A stretch of 64,000 nt of DNA from assembly GCF_044704955.1 (NCBI RefSeq), contig NC_092006.1, positions 4,898,001-4,962,000 on the forward strand, given 5' to 3'. This stretch comes from Pristiophorus japonicus. Lineage: Eukaryota. A program made the position numbers and the translations under genes. Each line of letters begins with the position of its first letter. Position 1 is the first letter of the stretch. Below the pieces are notes generated by a model. It worked only from the letters and a program-made list of their open reading frames with translations. It was not told where the DNA came from and did no database searches. This document shows, in pieces, positions 37,068-50,347 of the stretch.

Positions 37068-39340
37068 ATAGAAACATAGAAAATAGGTGCAGGAGTAGGC
37101 CATTCGGCCCTTGTAGCCTGCACCGCCATTCAATGAGTTCATGGCTGAACATGTAACTTCAGTACCCCATTCCTGCTTTCTCGCCATACCCCTTGATCCC
37201 CTTAGTAGTAAGGACTTCAACTAACTCCTTTTTGAATATATTTAGCGAATTGGCCTCAACAACTTTCTGTGGTAGAGAATTCCACAGGTTCACCACTCTC
37301 TGGGTGAAGAAGTTTCTCCTCATCTAGGTCCGAAATGGCTTACCCCTTATCCTTAGACTGTGACCCCTGGTTCTGGACTTCCCCCAACATTGGGAACATT
37401 CTTCCTGCATCTAACCTGTCTGAACCCATCAGAATTTTAAATGTTTCTATGAGGTCCCCTCTCATTCGTCTGAACTCCAGTGAATACAAGCCCAGTTGAT
37501 CCAGTCTTTCTTGATGGGTCAGTCCCGCCATCCCGGGAATCAGTCTGGTGAACCTTCGCTGCACTCCCTCAATAGCAAGAATGTCCTTCCTCAAGTTAGG
37601 AGACCAAAACTGTACACAATATTCCAGGTGTGGCCTCACCAAGGCCCTGTACAAATGTAGCAACACCTCCCTGCCCCTGTACTCAAATCCCCTCGCTATT
37701 CACTGTCTGAGGCCGCGATAGGCTTAATCGCTTACAGACTAAAAACAGGAGAGAAACGAGGGCAGAGATGCAATGAATTTATCCATTTTACCTTTGGCTT
37801 GTGTGTTTTGGTATGTGTAGTAATTATAGAATGGTTACAGCACAGAGGAAGGCCATTTGGTCCATCGAGTCCGTGCCGACTCTGAACAAGTCCAACTCAC
37901 CCCCTCGTCCTTTCCCCGTAGCCCTGCAAAATTCTTTCCTTCAGATACTTACCCAACTCCCTTTTGAAAGCCCCGATTGAGTCTGCCTCCACCACCCTCT
38001 CAGGCAGCGCGTTCCAGATCCCAACCACTCGCTGCGTAAAAACGTTTTTACTCACGTCGCCTTTGGTTCGTCTACCAATCGCCTTCAATCTGTGTCCTCT
38101 GGTTCTCCACCCTTCCACCAATGGGAACAGTTTCTCTCGATCTACTCGGTCCAGACCACCCATGATTTTGAACATCTCGATCAAATCTCCTCTCAATCGT
38201 TTCTGCCCCACGGACAACAACCCCGGCTTCTCCAGTCTCGCCCCGTCACTGAAGTCCCTCATTCCTGGAAGCATTCTCGTAAATCCTTCCTGCACCCTCT
38301 CCAAGGCCTTCACATCCTTCCCACAGTGCGGTGCCCAGAATTGGACACAATGCTCCAGTTGGGGGCCAAACAGATAACTTCCACACTTTTCCACTCTACA
38401 CCTCAACTTATGGACCCAGATACCCGTCAGCCTTTGTAACTGCTTTCTCAACCTTGCTAGAACGACTGTCCGAGACAGATGAGTGAGTGTAGCATGGCTT
38501 GGGAGGACTGGATGACTTTGGACCTGTGGTCCCCAAAGCTCTCCATAACTGGGGGCTTTGCTCAAGTCAGGTCTGGGTCTGTTGTAGACTAATGGGTTGC
38601 GATGGTTTACCACGACAACCCCATTATCATTGGATCACGCGACCACCAGGATGGTAGAAGGCGAGCAAGATAATATTTATCTTTCTCTTTCCCATGGCAA
38701 CCAGTGATGATTCCAACATTCACACCCCATCTAGACTCAGCTTTACTTTCCTATCTTATACCATTACCATCTCAATTCGGCCCATTGTCCCCTTTTGCCT
38801 CTCTAATCTCTCTTGCCTTCCTCCTGGTCACAGACCTTCCCATTTGTTCTTTCAAAAGAACATAAGAACATAACATAAGAACATAAGAATTAGGAAAAGG
38901 AGTAGGCCATCTAGCCCCTCGAGCCTGCTCCGCCATTCAACAAGATCATGGCTGATCTGGCTGTGGACTCAGCTCCACTTACCCGCCCGCTCCCCGTAAC
39001 CCTTAATTCCCTTATTGGTTAAAAATCTATCTATCTGTGACTTGAATACATTCAATGAGCTAGCCTCAACTGCTTCCTTGGGCAGAGAATGCCACAGATT
39101 CACAACCCTCTGGGAGAAGAAATTCCTTCTTAACTCGGTTTTAAATTGGCTCCCCCGTATTTTGAGGCTGTGCCCCCTAGTTCTAGTCTCCCCGACCAGT
39201 GGAAACAACCTCTCTGCCTCTATCTTGTCTATCCCTTTCATTATTTTAAATGTTTCTATAAGATCACCCCTCATCCTTCTGAACTCCAACGAGTAAAGAC
39301 CCAGTCTACTCAATCTATCACATTAAGGTAACCCCCTCAT
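37068..39340 (-). mobile_element. CR1 fragments (about 37068-37700, 37850-38370, 38855-39340)
   Basis: ORFs 37340-37666, 37897-38613, 38969-39313. Confidence 0.85.
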
Positions 39341-39397
39341 CTCTGCCCCTGCCTCTTTCCTCCCCTCCCCCTTTCACTATCCCCTTTGCACTTCCTT

Positions 39398-39690
39398 AAA
39401 AAGAAAGACTTGCATTTATATAGCGCCTTTCACGACCACCAGGCGTCTCAAAGCGCTTTACAGCCAATGGAGAGTACCTTTGGAGTGTAGTCACTGTTGT
39501 ATTGTGGGAAACGCGGCAGCCGATTTGCGCACAGCAAGCTCCCACAAACAGCCTTGTGATAATGACCCAGATCATCTGTTTGTTATGTTGGTTGAGGGAT
39601 AAATATTGGCCCCAGGACACCGATGAGAACTCGAAATAATGCCTTGGGGTCGTTTATGTCCATTTGAGAGAGTAGATGGAGCCTCCACCA
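39398..39690 (-). mobile_element. Deu-SINE 3' half
   Basis: Deu core and tail. Confidence 0.75.
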
Positions 39691-40699
39691 AACAAAATCG
39701 TTTCTCTCTATCTAGTCTATGAAATAGTTAAATCGTCTTAATCACCTCAATTAGATAACCCCCTAATCTTTTATACGCAAGGCGGGGGGTCTGTGCACAC
39801 TGTCCTTATAAGTTAACCCTTTTTGCCCAACATGGTACTGGTGAACTTAAAGGCTCTTTATAAAAACCTACAATATAAATTAACATTAACAAGAACACTG
39901 GGTCGCTGGGAATTTATTCAAACTCTCATAAGATGTTTTGGGAAGTTTCTGGGCGATGGATTTGAACGAGTCTTTGCCAGGATTGTTGCTGTTCCCGAAT
40001 CTCATCCGGTTGTACCTGCTGATTCCAAAGTGATCGGAAGGGGAGTGATTAAACTGACTCTGGTGGATAACGCAATGTAACTACCTGTGGTACAGCCCTG
40101 TTTCTGGCTCAATATCTCCTCTGGGTAAAGAAGTTTCTCCTGAATTCCCTATTGGATTTATTAGTGACTGTCTTATATTGATGGCCCCTGGTTCTGGTCT
40201 CTCCCACAAGTGGAAACACTCCACGTCTACCCTATCGACCCCTTTCAGAAGCTTAAAGACCTGTATCTTGTTGACCCTCCGTCTCTTTTCGAGGGCCCCA
40301 GCAGGTTCAGCCTTTCCTGATGGCAAAACCTCTTAGTTCTGGTATCGTTTTAGTCAATCTTTTTTGCACCTTATCCAGTGCCTCTATATTGTTTTTATGA
40401 TACGGAGAGCAGAACTGTGCACAGTGCCCCAAGTGTGGTCTAACCAAGGTCCGATACAAGTTTAACATTACTTCCCGACTTTTCAATTCTATCCCTCTAC
40501 AAATGAACCCTGGTTCTTTGCTTGTTTTAATGGGCTTGTTAAGCTATGTCGCTACATTTAGTGATTAGTGTATCTGTACCCCAGATCCCTCTGTTCCTCT
40601 ACCCCATTATGGAAACTTATTTTCTAAGAAGGAACAGATATTTATAATAAAAAACGAATTGCTGACAAAATCACTTCACTGCATTATTATGAACATACA

Positions 40700-41480
40700 G
40701 AACATACATTTATAAAGTGCTTTTCACGACCACCGGACATCTCAAAGTGCTTTAAAGCCAATGAAGAACTTTTGGAGTGTACTGTTCTAATGTGAGAAAC
40801 GCAGCAGCCAATTTGTGCACAGCAAGCTTCCACAAACAGCAATATGAAAATGACCCAGATATTCTGTTTTAGTTTGTTAATTGAGTGATAAATATTGGCC
40901 AGGCTACCGGGGATAATTCCCCTGCTCTTCTTCGAAACAGTGCGATATTTTATATCCAGCTGAGAAAGCAGCTTGGTTTAATGTCACATCCGAAACACGG
41001 CACCTCCGACACTACAGCGCTCCCGCAGTACTGCCCCTCCCACAGTGCAGTGCTCCCTCAGTACTGCCCCTCCGACAGTGCGGCGCTCCCTCAGTACTGC
41101 CCCTCCCACAGTGCAGTGCTCCCTCAGTACTGCCCCTCCAACACTTCCTCAATACTGCCCCTCCGACAGTGCGGCGCTCCCTCAGTACCGCCCCTCCAAC
41201 AGTGCGGCGCTCCCTCAGTACTGCCCCTCCCACAGTGCGGTGCTCCCTCAGCACTGTCCTCCCTCAGTACTGCCCCTCCCACAGTGCGGCACTCCCTCAG
41301 TACTGCCCCTCCCACAGTGCGGCGCTCCCTCAGTACTGCCTCTCCGACAGTGCGGTGCTCCCTCAGCACTGCATTGCAGTGTCAGTCTAGATTTTTGTGC
41401 TCAAGTCTCTGGAGTGGGACTTGAACCCACAACCTCTTGTCTCAAAGGCAAGTGTACTGCCCACTGAGCCACAGCTGACA
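40700..41480 (-). mobile_element. Full-length Deu-type SINE with internal tandem
   Basis: Same structure as 24311-24975. Confidence 0.8.
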
Positions 41481-41778
41481 CTTAAAAGGAGCTGCTGGGT
41501 TTAAAATAATCCAGTTTCAATCGTAAATGTGACAAGGTTCACCTCCAGGACACAGCCAGAGAATGTTTGGGATCTATGTAAACGCCAGCTTTAATATCAA
41601 TGCAGCTTAAACCTGGAATCAGTGTCTGAGTTGCCCCAGAGGTCCTTAGCCCCACATAAATCACATTTGCTCTATAAATGTGCGCTGTAAATCAGCATTA
41701 GAGATACACTGAGCGCATCTGGGCTTGAACGTTCAAAGAGCAGGAATCGCAAACGCAATGCTAGGGTTTGACAACCTG

Positions 41779-41784
41779 TTTATT
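41779..41784 (-). terminator. Candidate poly(A) signal AATAAA of gene B
   Basis: Lies in a block paralogous to 53293-53455, where ATTAAA (53436-53441) occupies the matching position downstream of gene C. Confidence 0.45.
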
Positions 41785-42387
41785 TGTATTTGTAACATCG
41801 GACAGTGAGCCGTGTTAACTACGACTTGAATAATATCGTGCTCACAGACAGCACAATGCATTTAAGAACAATACAAGCGAGGAGAGACAAGCCGGGACTG
41901 AACGGAAATGGCAGGCGACGTGTCGTCTTCGGAGTAGCAGATGATGGGTCAAGAGAGGATTTCGACATGTTTCGAAGCTCCCGCAGAATTCCCCGTTTGC
42001 AAAGCGGCTTGAAATTGCACTGGTGGTGTTTCGGCGTTAAGGCTCTCCAATCAGCGTTACAATGGTTCTGCGTTGGTCAGTTTCCTCTTGCGATTAATTA
42101 TTGATCAGTGCGCATCAGATCGACAGAGTGAAACGTCAACAAGGACAGCAATTTGAACCCTTTAGCTGCACGCCACTGCTTTCAATAGTCGGATTGATGC
42201 TGTGCCTTGGGACTGGAACCCGGCGTCTCTTGGAAGGGTCGACACCCCAAGGCGCGCTGGTCAGTCTTCTGAAGGAGATGGCCAATTAACTCCCTGTCCA
42301 GGGGTCCCAGAAGCAGACAGAGGCGACGCGGAATTGAGGTACAAGGGATTGTTACTGAGCAAGGTGTCCTCGCTGGTCTCCCACACT

Positions 42388-43035
42388 CGGAGGGTGGTGA
42401 ATCTTTGGAATTCTCTGCCCCAGAGGGCTGTGGAGGCTCAGTCGTTGAGGATATTCAAGGCTGGGATCAATGGACTGGGAATCTAGGGGATTCATGGGAT
42501 ATGGACATCGGGCGCGAAAGTGGAGTTGAGGTCAATGATCGGTCATGATCTGCTCGGGGCGCCAAATGACCGACTCCTGCACCTATTTCTTATGTTCGTA
42601 TATTCAGAGGATAGGTTGGATAGGCTGGCGTTGTTGTCTTTGGAACAGAGGAGGCTGAGGGGAGAGCTAATTGAGGTGTGTAAAATGCTGAGGGGCCAGG
42701 ATAGAGTGGATAGGACGGACCTGTTTCCCTTGGCAGAGGGGTCAACAACCAGGGTGCATAGACTGAACGTAATTGGGGGGAGGTTTAGAGGGGAGTTCAG
42801 GAGAACTTTGTTCACCCAGAGGGTGGTGGGGGTCTGGGGCGGAGCTCGCTTCCTGAAAGGGCGGTAGAGGCAGAAACCCTCACCACATTTGGATGTGCAC
42901 CTGAAGTGCCGTAACCTACAGGGCTACGGACCAAGAGCGGGAAAGTGGGATTAGGCTGGGTGGCTCTTGGTCGGCCGGCCCGGACACGATGGGCCGTAAT
43001 GGCCTCCTTCCGGGCTGTAAGTTTCTAGCGTTTCT
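42388..43035 (+). mobile_element. CR1 3' fragments
   Basis: ORF 42520-42867 LEQRRLRGELIEV. Confidence 0.8.
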
Positions 43036-43997
43036 ATAGTTTCAGAGGAAACTTTCCACCATGCTTCATATCCATGAGCTGTTCACTTTCCTTTCCCGTC
43101 GGACTGTTGGATCCGCCTTAAATGCCAGTTGGGCGTAAAGAGTCTATGAGAGAAAACAGAAACCATTATCGCGGCTCACATCATCACCATCGGAACGGAG
43201 TGACAGGAGGAGGCCATTCAGCCCCTCGAGCATGTTCCCCCACTCAATAAGATAAGAACATAAGAAATAGGAGCAGGAGTCGGCCATTCGGCCCCTCGAG
43301 CCTGCTCCGCCACTTAATGAGATCATGGCCGATCTGATCATGGACTCAGCTCCACTCCCCTGCCTGCTCCCCATAACCTCTTATCGCCATCGTTCAAGAA
43401 ACTGTCTATCTCTGTCTTAAATTTATTCAATGTCCCGGCTTCCACAGCTCTCTGAGGCAGCGAATTCCACAGATTCACAACCCTGAGAAGAAATTTCTCC
43501 TCATCTCAGTTTTAAATGGGCGGCCCCTTATTCTAAGATCGTGCCCCCTAGTTCTAGTCTCCCCCATCAGTGGAAACATCCTCTCTGCATCCACAGCTGA
43601 TCCTGTATCTTAACTCACTCTACCCACCTTGGTTCCCTAACCCTTAATCCCCTTACCCAACAAGAGTCGATCCACCTCTGTCTTGACATTTCCAACTGAC
43701 CCCTGACCTCGACAGCTTTTTGGGGGAGAGAGTTCCAGATTCCCGCTCCCCTTTGTGTGAAGAAGTGTTTCCTGTCATCACCCCTGAACGGTCTGGCTCG
43801 AAATTTAAGGTGACGTCCCCTTGGTCTGGACTCCCCCCGCCAAAGGAACTCATTTCTCTCTCTATCCACCCTATCGAACACTTTAATCATCATAAACAAC
43901 TCGATTAGATCGCCCTTTAATCTTCTATACTCCAGGGAATAAAAGCTTAGTCTGTGCGACCTGTCTTAATAATTTAACGCTTTTAGCCCCTGTATTA

Positions 43998-45445
43998 TTA
44001 GTTAGGCCACAGCTGGAGTACTGCGTGCAGCTCTGGTCACCACATTACAGGAAAGATGTGATTGCACTGGAGAGGGTGCAGAGGAGATTTACCAGGATGT
44101 TGCACTGGAGAGGGTGCAGAGGAGATTTACCAGGATGTTGCACTAGAGAGGGTGCAGAGGAGATTTACCAGGATGTTGCACTAGAGAGGGTACAGAGGAG
44201 ATTTACCAGGGTGTTGCACTGGAGAGGGTGCAGAGGAGATTTACCAGGATGTTGCACTGGAGAGGGTGCAGAGGAGATTTACCTGGATGTTGCACTGGAG
44301 AGGGTACAGAGGAGATTTACTAGGATGTTGCACTGGAGAGGTGCAGAGGAGATTTACCAGGATGTTGCACTAGAGAGGGTGCAGAGGAGATTTACCAGGA
44401 TGTTGCACTGGAGAGGGTGCAGAGGAGATTTACCAGGATGTTGCACTAGAGAGGGTGCAGAGGAGATTTACCAGGATGTTGCACTGGAGAGGGTACAGAG
44501 GAGATTTACCAGGATGTTGCACTAGAGAGAGTACAGAGGAGATTTACCAGGATGTTGCACTGGAGAGGGTACAGAGGAGATTTACTAGGATGTTGCACTG
44601 GAGAGGGTGCAGAGGAGATTTACCAGGATGTTGCACTAGAGAGGGTGCAGAGGAGATTTACCAGGATGTTGCACTGGAGAGGGTGCAGAGGAGATTTACC
44701 AGGATGTTGCACTAGAGAGGGTGCAGAGGAGATTTACCAGGATGTTGCACTAGAGAGGGTGCAGAGGAGATTTACCAGGATGTTGCACTAGAGAGAGTAC
44801 CGAGGAGATTTACCAGGATGTTGCTCTGGAGAGGGTACAGAGGAGATTTACTAGGATGTTACACTAGAGAGGGTGCAGAGGAGATTGACCAGGACATTGC
44901 ACTAGAGAGGGTACAGAGGAGATTTACCAGAATGTTGCACTAGAGAGGGTACAGAGGAGATTTACCAGGATGTTGCATGGACTGGAGAATTTTAGCGACG
45001 AGGAAAGATTGGATAGGCTGGGGGTTGTTTTCTCTGCAACAGAGGAGGCTGAGGGGAGACCTGATTGAGGTGTATAAAATGATGAGGAGCCTGGATAGAG
45101 TGGATAGGAAGGATCTGTTTCCCTTGGCAGAGGGGGTCAACAACCAGTGGGCATAGATTGAAAGTAATTGGGCGGAGGTTTAGAGGGGATTTGAGGGGAA
45201 ATGTCTTCACCCAGAGGGTGGTGGGGGTCTGGGGCGGAACTCACTGCCTGAAAGGGTGGTAGAGGCAGAAACCCTCACCACATTTAAAAAGTACCTGGAT
45301 GTGCACTTGAAGTGCTGTAACCTACAGGGTTACGGACCGAGAGCGGGAAAGTGGGATTAGGCTGGGTGGCTCTTGGTCGGCCGGCGCGGGACACGATGGG
45401 CCGAATGGCCTCCTCCCGCGCTGTAAACTTCTGTGATTCTATGAT
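43998..45445 (+). mobile_element. CR1 fragment with about 24 copies of a 38-bp internal tandem (44062-44975)
   Basis: (ttgcactggagagggtgcagaggagatttaccaggatg)n within [13 protein letters not shown]. Confidence 0.9.
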
Positions 45446-45789
45446 TATTCTGTCAACTTGTAATTATATATAATCGCCAACTTAAAATATAGACCGATAT
45501 TTTGTAATCTGTTTTTGCAGTTCTATCAAAATAAACTGCTTTCCTGCAGAGTTCATTGTGCAAAGTTTTATAGAATCGTTAACTATGAATCTTAACCGTT
45601 GGATTAAGGATGAGTGCAGGTAACTGCAAGGTGTCAAGCAAAGACAATTATTTTCACTCTCACCTCCTTATCTCTTGCACCTGGTCTGGAATCCGTGAAT
45701 TTCTCATCGCTGGCCGTGTTACCTGAAATAAAGGGAATGCAATCTAAGTCTAAATGCACACACATTTCACGCTGACATGCACCGAGCCA

Positions 45790-47050
45790 AACGTTGTTTC
45801 CTTCAGGTAATTATCCAACTCCCTTTTGAAAGCCACGTTTGAGTCTGCCTCTACCACCCTCTCAGGCAGTATGTTCCAGACCCTAACCACTCGCTGCTTA
45901 AAAATAGTTTTTCTTCATTTCGCCTTTGCTTCTTCTGCCTTAAATCTGTGTCCTCTGCTTCTCCACCCTTCTCCCAACGAGAACAGTTCCTCTCTGTCTG
46001 GACCCCTCACGATTTGGCCTTCCTGACTTGGGCATAGGTCATTGGGTCACAATCCCGGAATTCCCTCCCTAACAGCACTGTTAGGAGCACCTTCACCACA
46101 GCGGACTGTCGAACTCGTTTGGCAGAACGTCTCATCGCCAGAGCTTTCACACAAGCACCAAGACGTAGCTTGGTTGGCGGTGAGGAGGGCCTTACCCGTC
46201 AGAGCCTTCATGCACAGCCGGCGTCTCAGCAGCACGGCACGGTGCCCCCGAGTCGGCTGCAGGGCGGACAAGACTGTCACCCATCTCCTTCAGGATTGCC
46301 CCTTCGCAAGGCAGGTTTGGAAAGAGATGCAGTGGTTGCTGTCGAGGTTCATCCCGAGCAGCTCCGTAACACAGGACCCTGTGCTCTAGGGGCTGTTCCC
46401 AGGGACACACACCCAGACAGACATCACCTGCTGCTGGAGGGCCATCAACTTGGTCAAAGACGCTCTTTGGTCTTGCCGAGACTTGCTGGTCTTCCAGAGC
46501 AAGGAGATGTCCACGTCTGCGTGTTGCAGACTGGCGCAATCCACGATCCAGGATTACGTGCTGAGGGACGCACTTAAAATCGGTGCAGTCGCCGCAAAGG
46601 CACGGTGGGGAAGGGCCACAGTTTAAAGCCCTTCTGACACGGTAAACCCAGGGGCAGGAATCAGTACAAAACTCCCCTCGGGCCGTACTTGTAACTTCTT
46701 TTTTGTGTACATGGAGCACCATGATCTGTAAACACCTATGTAGTGCCATGTACAATGTAAGGTCTGTTTCGTAATGCACGTTGAAAAGAAAAATGTAAAT
46801 GTACCGTCACCCATTCCGTGTAATGTATAGTGACACATGTAATGTAATTTGTCGAATGTACTACAAGGTATCCCGTATTGTACCGAATTGTACTTGAACT
46901 GAAAAGCAAAGAAATGTATCGAACGGAACTGCCGTCAGCACCCAAATGTAGTGTATGGGATTGCTGACCGCAGCTAAATGTACTGAACTGCTTTTGAATG
47001 TACTGTACAAATTTTTATACGAATAAAGTATATTTTGAAATTAAAAAAAA
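45790..47050 (+). mobile_element. Composite CR1 fragment + Tx1 3' end with poly(A), in gene B intron
   Basis: Near-identical to 25578-26477 including junctions; 3' UTR matches the reverse complement of 26480-26850. Confidence 0.8.
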
Positions 47051-47664
47051 TAACACAGTAACTGGATAGATTGGCCGCGCCTCCCGACCGCCGCTACCTG
47101 ACTGCCGGGTCCTGCAGCTCCAGCTCGCCATCACCGTCACCATCAGGAGGAGGAGAAGCACCACCGAGCAAGTCACCAAAACCCATAAACTACAGTCGCT
47201 GTGCAGCGGGAGCCCTGTACACAAGGGGGAAAAACAGCCTCTTAGTTAAAAGAAAATCCCGTAACCCAAGCCCTCTGCTTCTCGCAGGAGGTTCAGGGAG
47301 ACCCAATACCATCTTCCAGGGTCCACGAGGGTTAGATACTCAATACCAAGTCTTCCCAACATCAATAGATAGAGATNNNNNNNNNNNNNNNNNNNNNNNN
47401 NNNNNNNNNNNNNNNNNNNNNNNNNNNNNNNNNNNNNNNNNNNNNNNNNNNNNNNNNNNNNNNNNNNNNNNNNNNNNNNNNNNNNNNNNNNNNNNNNNNN
47501 NNNNNNNNNNNNNNNNNNNNNNNNNNNNNNNNNNNNNNNNNNNNNNNNNNNNNNNNNNNNNNNNNNNNNNNNNNNNNNNNNNNNNNNNNNNNNNNNNNNN
47601 NNNNNNNNNNNNNNNNNNNNNNNNNNNNNNNNNNNNNNNNNNNNNNNNNNNNNNNNNNNNNNNN

Positions 47665-47820
47665 NGATACGTGTATAGATAGATAGACCGACAGATTTAT
47701 GGATAGACAGACAGATAGATGGATAGATACATCGATAAATCAATAGATAGACAGATAGACAGATATATTTATGGATAGACAGATAGATAGATCGACAGAC
47801 AGACACAGACAGACAGATAG
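47665..47820. repeat. (GATA/GACA)n microsatellite
   Basis: Direct inspection; adjacent to an N gap. Confidence 0.9.
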
Positions 47821-47821
47821 A

Positions 47822-48551
47822 GGAGGTGCAACGAGACCTGGGTGTCATGGTACATCAGTCATTGAAAGTTGGCATGCAGCTACAGCAGGTGGTGAAGAAG
47901 GCAAATGGCATGTTGGCCTTCATAGCGAGGGGATTTGAGTATAGGAGCAGGGAGGTCTTACTGCAGTTGTACAGGGCCTTGGTGAGGCCTCACCTGGAAT
48001 ATTGTGTTCAGTTTTGGTCTCCTCATCTGAGGAAGGACATTCTTGCTATTGAGGGAATCAGCAAAGGTACACCAGACTGATTCCCGGGATGGCAGGACTG
48101 ACATATCAAAAAAGGCTGGATCGACTAGGCTTATATTCACTGGAATTTAGAAGAATGAGAGGGGATCTCATAGAAACATATAAAATTCTGACGGGACTGG
48201 ACAGGTTAGATGCAGGAAGAATGTTCCCGATGTTGGGGAAGTCCAGAACCAGGGGTCACAGTCTCAGGATAAGGGGTAAGCCATTTAGGACCGAGATGAG
48301 GAGAAACTTCTTCACTCAGAGAATTGTGAACCTGTGGAATTCTCTACCACAGAAAGTTGTTGAGGCCAGTTCGTTGGATATATTCAAGAGGGAGTTAGAT
48401 GTGGACCTTACGGCTAAAGGGATCAAGGGGTATGGAGAGAAAGCAGGAATGGGGTACTGAAGTTGAATGATCAGCCATGATCATATTGAATGGTGGTGCA
48501 GGCTCGAAGGGCCGAATGGCCTGCTCCTGCACCTACTTTCTATGTTTCTAT
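47822..48551 (+). mobile_element. CR1 3' fragment
   Basis: ORFs 47826-48080 and 48089-48460. Confidence 0.9.
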
Positions 48552-50347
48552 ATTTGGACGGACGGATAGATGGTAAACAGACAGATAGTTTACAGATAAT
48601 ACAACACTTGGTAAAGCAGTGGATCAGGATGAGGATAATTATAGGCTGCAGGAGAGCACAGACGGGTTGGTGAAATGGCCGTCAGCACGGCCGGTGGGGT
48701 TCAAAGCGGGGAAGTGTTAAGTGTTTCAGTTTGGGAGGGGTAACATGGACAGACAATGTACTGTGAATGGCATCGAGCGAGGACGTGATCCACCGGAAAT
48801 GGCAGTATATTATTCTCCAATTTGACCCATGGATCGCCCAGGAATATACCTGCTCTCCCAGCAGGTAGATATGACCTAGCAGGACAGAAGGACCTTATAA
48901 TTGAGAAAGCTAAACATTGAGAGATCTGGGAGAGGTAAATCATTGAGATACTTACACACGAATTTGCAGAAAGGAAGAGAATTTGAATGTATAACGTGAC
49001 AGGGCTAACAATGATCTCTTACATCACCATTGAAGATATTAGTGAAGGAGAATAGTTACCGCTCAGCGATGAGATGCTTTCACTGATGAAATTGCCGGTG
49101 GAATTGACCGGAACGGCGCAAGTGCAGACAGCGCCACTCCGCCAAGTTTCCGCCGAGACGCTGAGGTGACTCCCGACCGTGAGCGTCCCGTCCGGCTCGG
49201 TGGTCCCGGAGTCGCTCCGTCCCTCGGCGAGCCGTCCCGAAACAGTCCAGCGGACGGGAAGGGAATCGGGAGTCAGGCCTCTGACCAGACACAGCAGCGG
49301 GACCCTCGCCAGCGAGGGAATTTCGTCCTGCGGCAGAGTTAAGAGCTGTATTTCCGGAGACCCTGCCGAATTTGGGGAGGATTAATATTCGACGGAAATC
49401 GGCCGTTATTTATGACGAAATTCGTAAACGAATTCTTACCTGTAATGAGCAATTTCGAGCCGTTTCCGAATATAAGGTGCAATGGACTAGATTTCTGAGC
49501 TGTGCAGTAATACACCCCTGAATCGTTCCCCTGGACCTCGTTCACAATCAGAGAGTAAATATTGAATTTGTCGTCAATTTGTCCGGAAAATCTCCCTTCA
49601 GGAAGATTGTAGTCGCTCACGGTGTAAACTTTCTGCAGAGGTCCTCGGTTCTGCTGCTTATACCACTGCACAGCTCAAGTCAGCAACTGACCAGCGTGAC
49701 AATCCGCCTTGTAGGTACTGCCAACCGAGAGAGTCTGGACCGACGGACTCTGGGCGAAATAGTCCTGGGAGGCAATAACTGAGAGAAGAACATGGTCACC
49801 ACGGGGTCTGTTACAACAGGAATAAACACCGCTTCAGATCAAGAAACCCACACAGCAGTGAACGGTGAGAGAGGCGCTCGTGTTCAAGGAGCCTCATTTC
49901 TAATTGAGTTCAATGCTGAGGGTTAACATTGAGCCAATAACAGGAGGACAGAAGGAAGGAAGAGAAAAAAAGAAAGAGAAAGAGAAAGAAATAGAGAGAG
50001 AGAAGGAAAGAAAGAGAGAGAGCGAGAGAAAGAGATAGAGAGAGAAAAGAAANNNNNNNNNNNNNNNNNNNNNNNNNNNNNNNNNNNNNNNNNNNNNNNN
50101 NNNNNNNNNNNNNNNNNNNNNNNNNNNNNNNNNNNNNNNNNNNNNNNNNNNNNNNNNNNNNNNNNNNNNNNNNNNNNNNNNNNNNNNNNNNNNNNNNNNN
50201 NNNNNNNNNNNNNNNNNNNNNNNNNNNNNNNNNNNNNNNNNNNNNNNNNNNNNNNNNNNNNNNNNNNNNNNNNNNNNNNNNNNNNNGAGAAACAGATAGA
50301 GAAAAAGAAAGAAAGAGAGAGAGAAAGAAAGATAAAGAGATAGAGAG

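Noticed and set aside
41040-41320. Multiple CACAGTG heptamers (possible RSS)
   Set aside because: They are variants of the SINE internal tandem, have no nonamer at 12/23 bp, and are not next to V or J segments. No RSS was found at any V exon.
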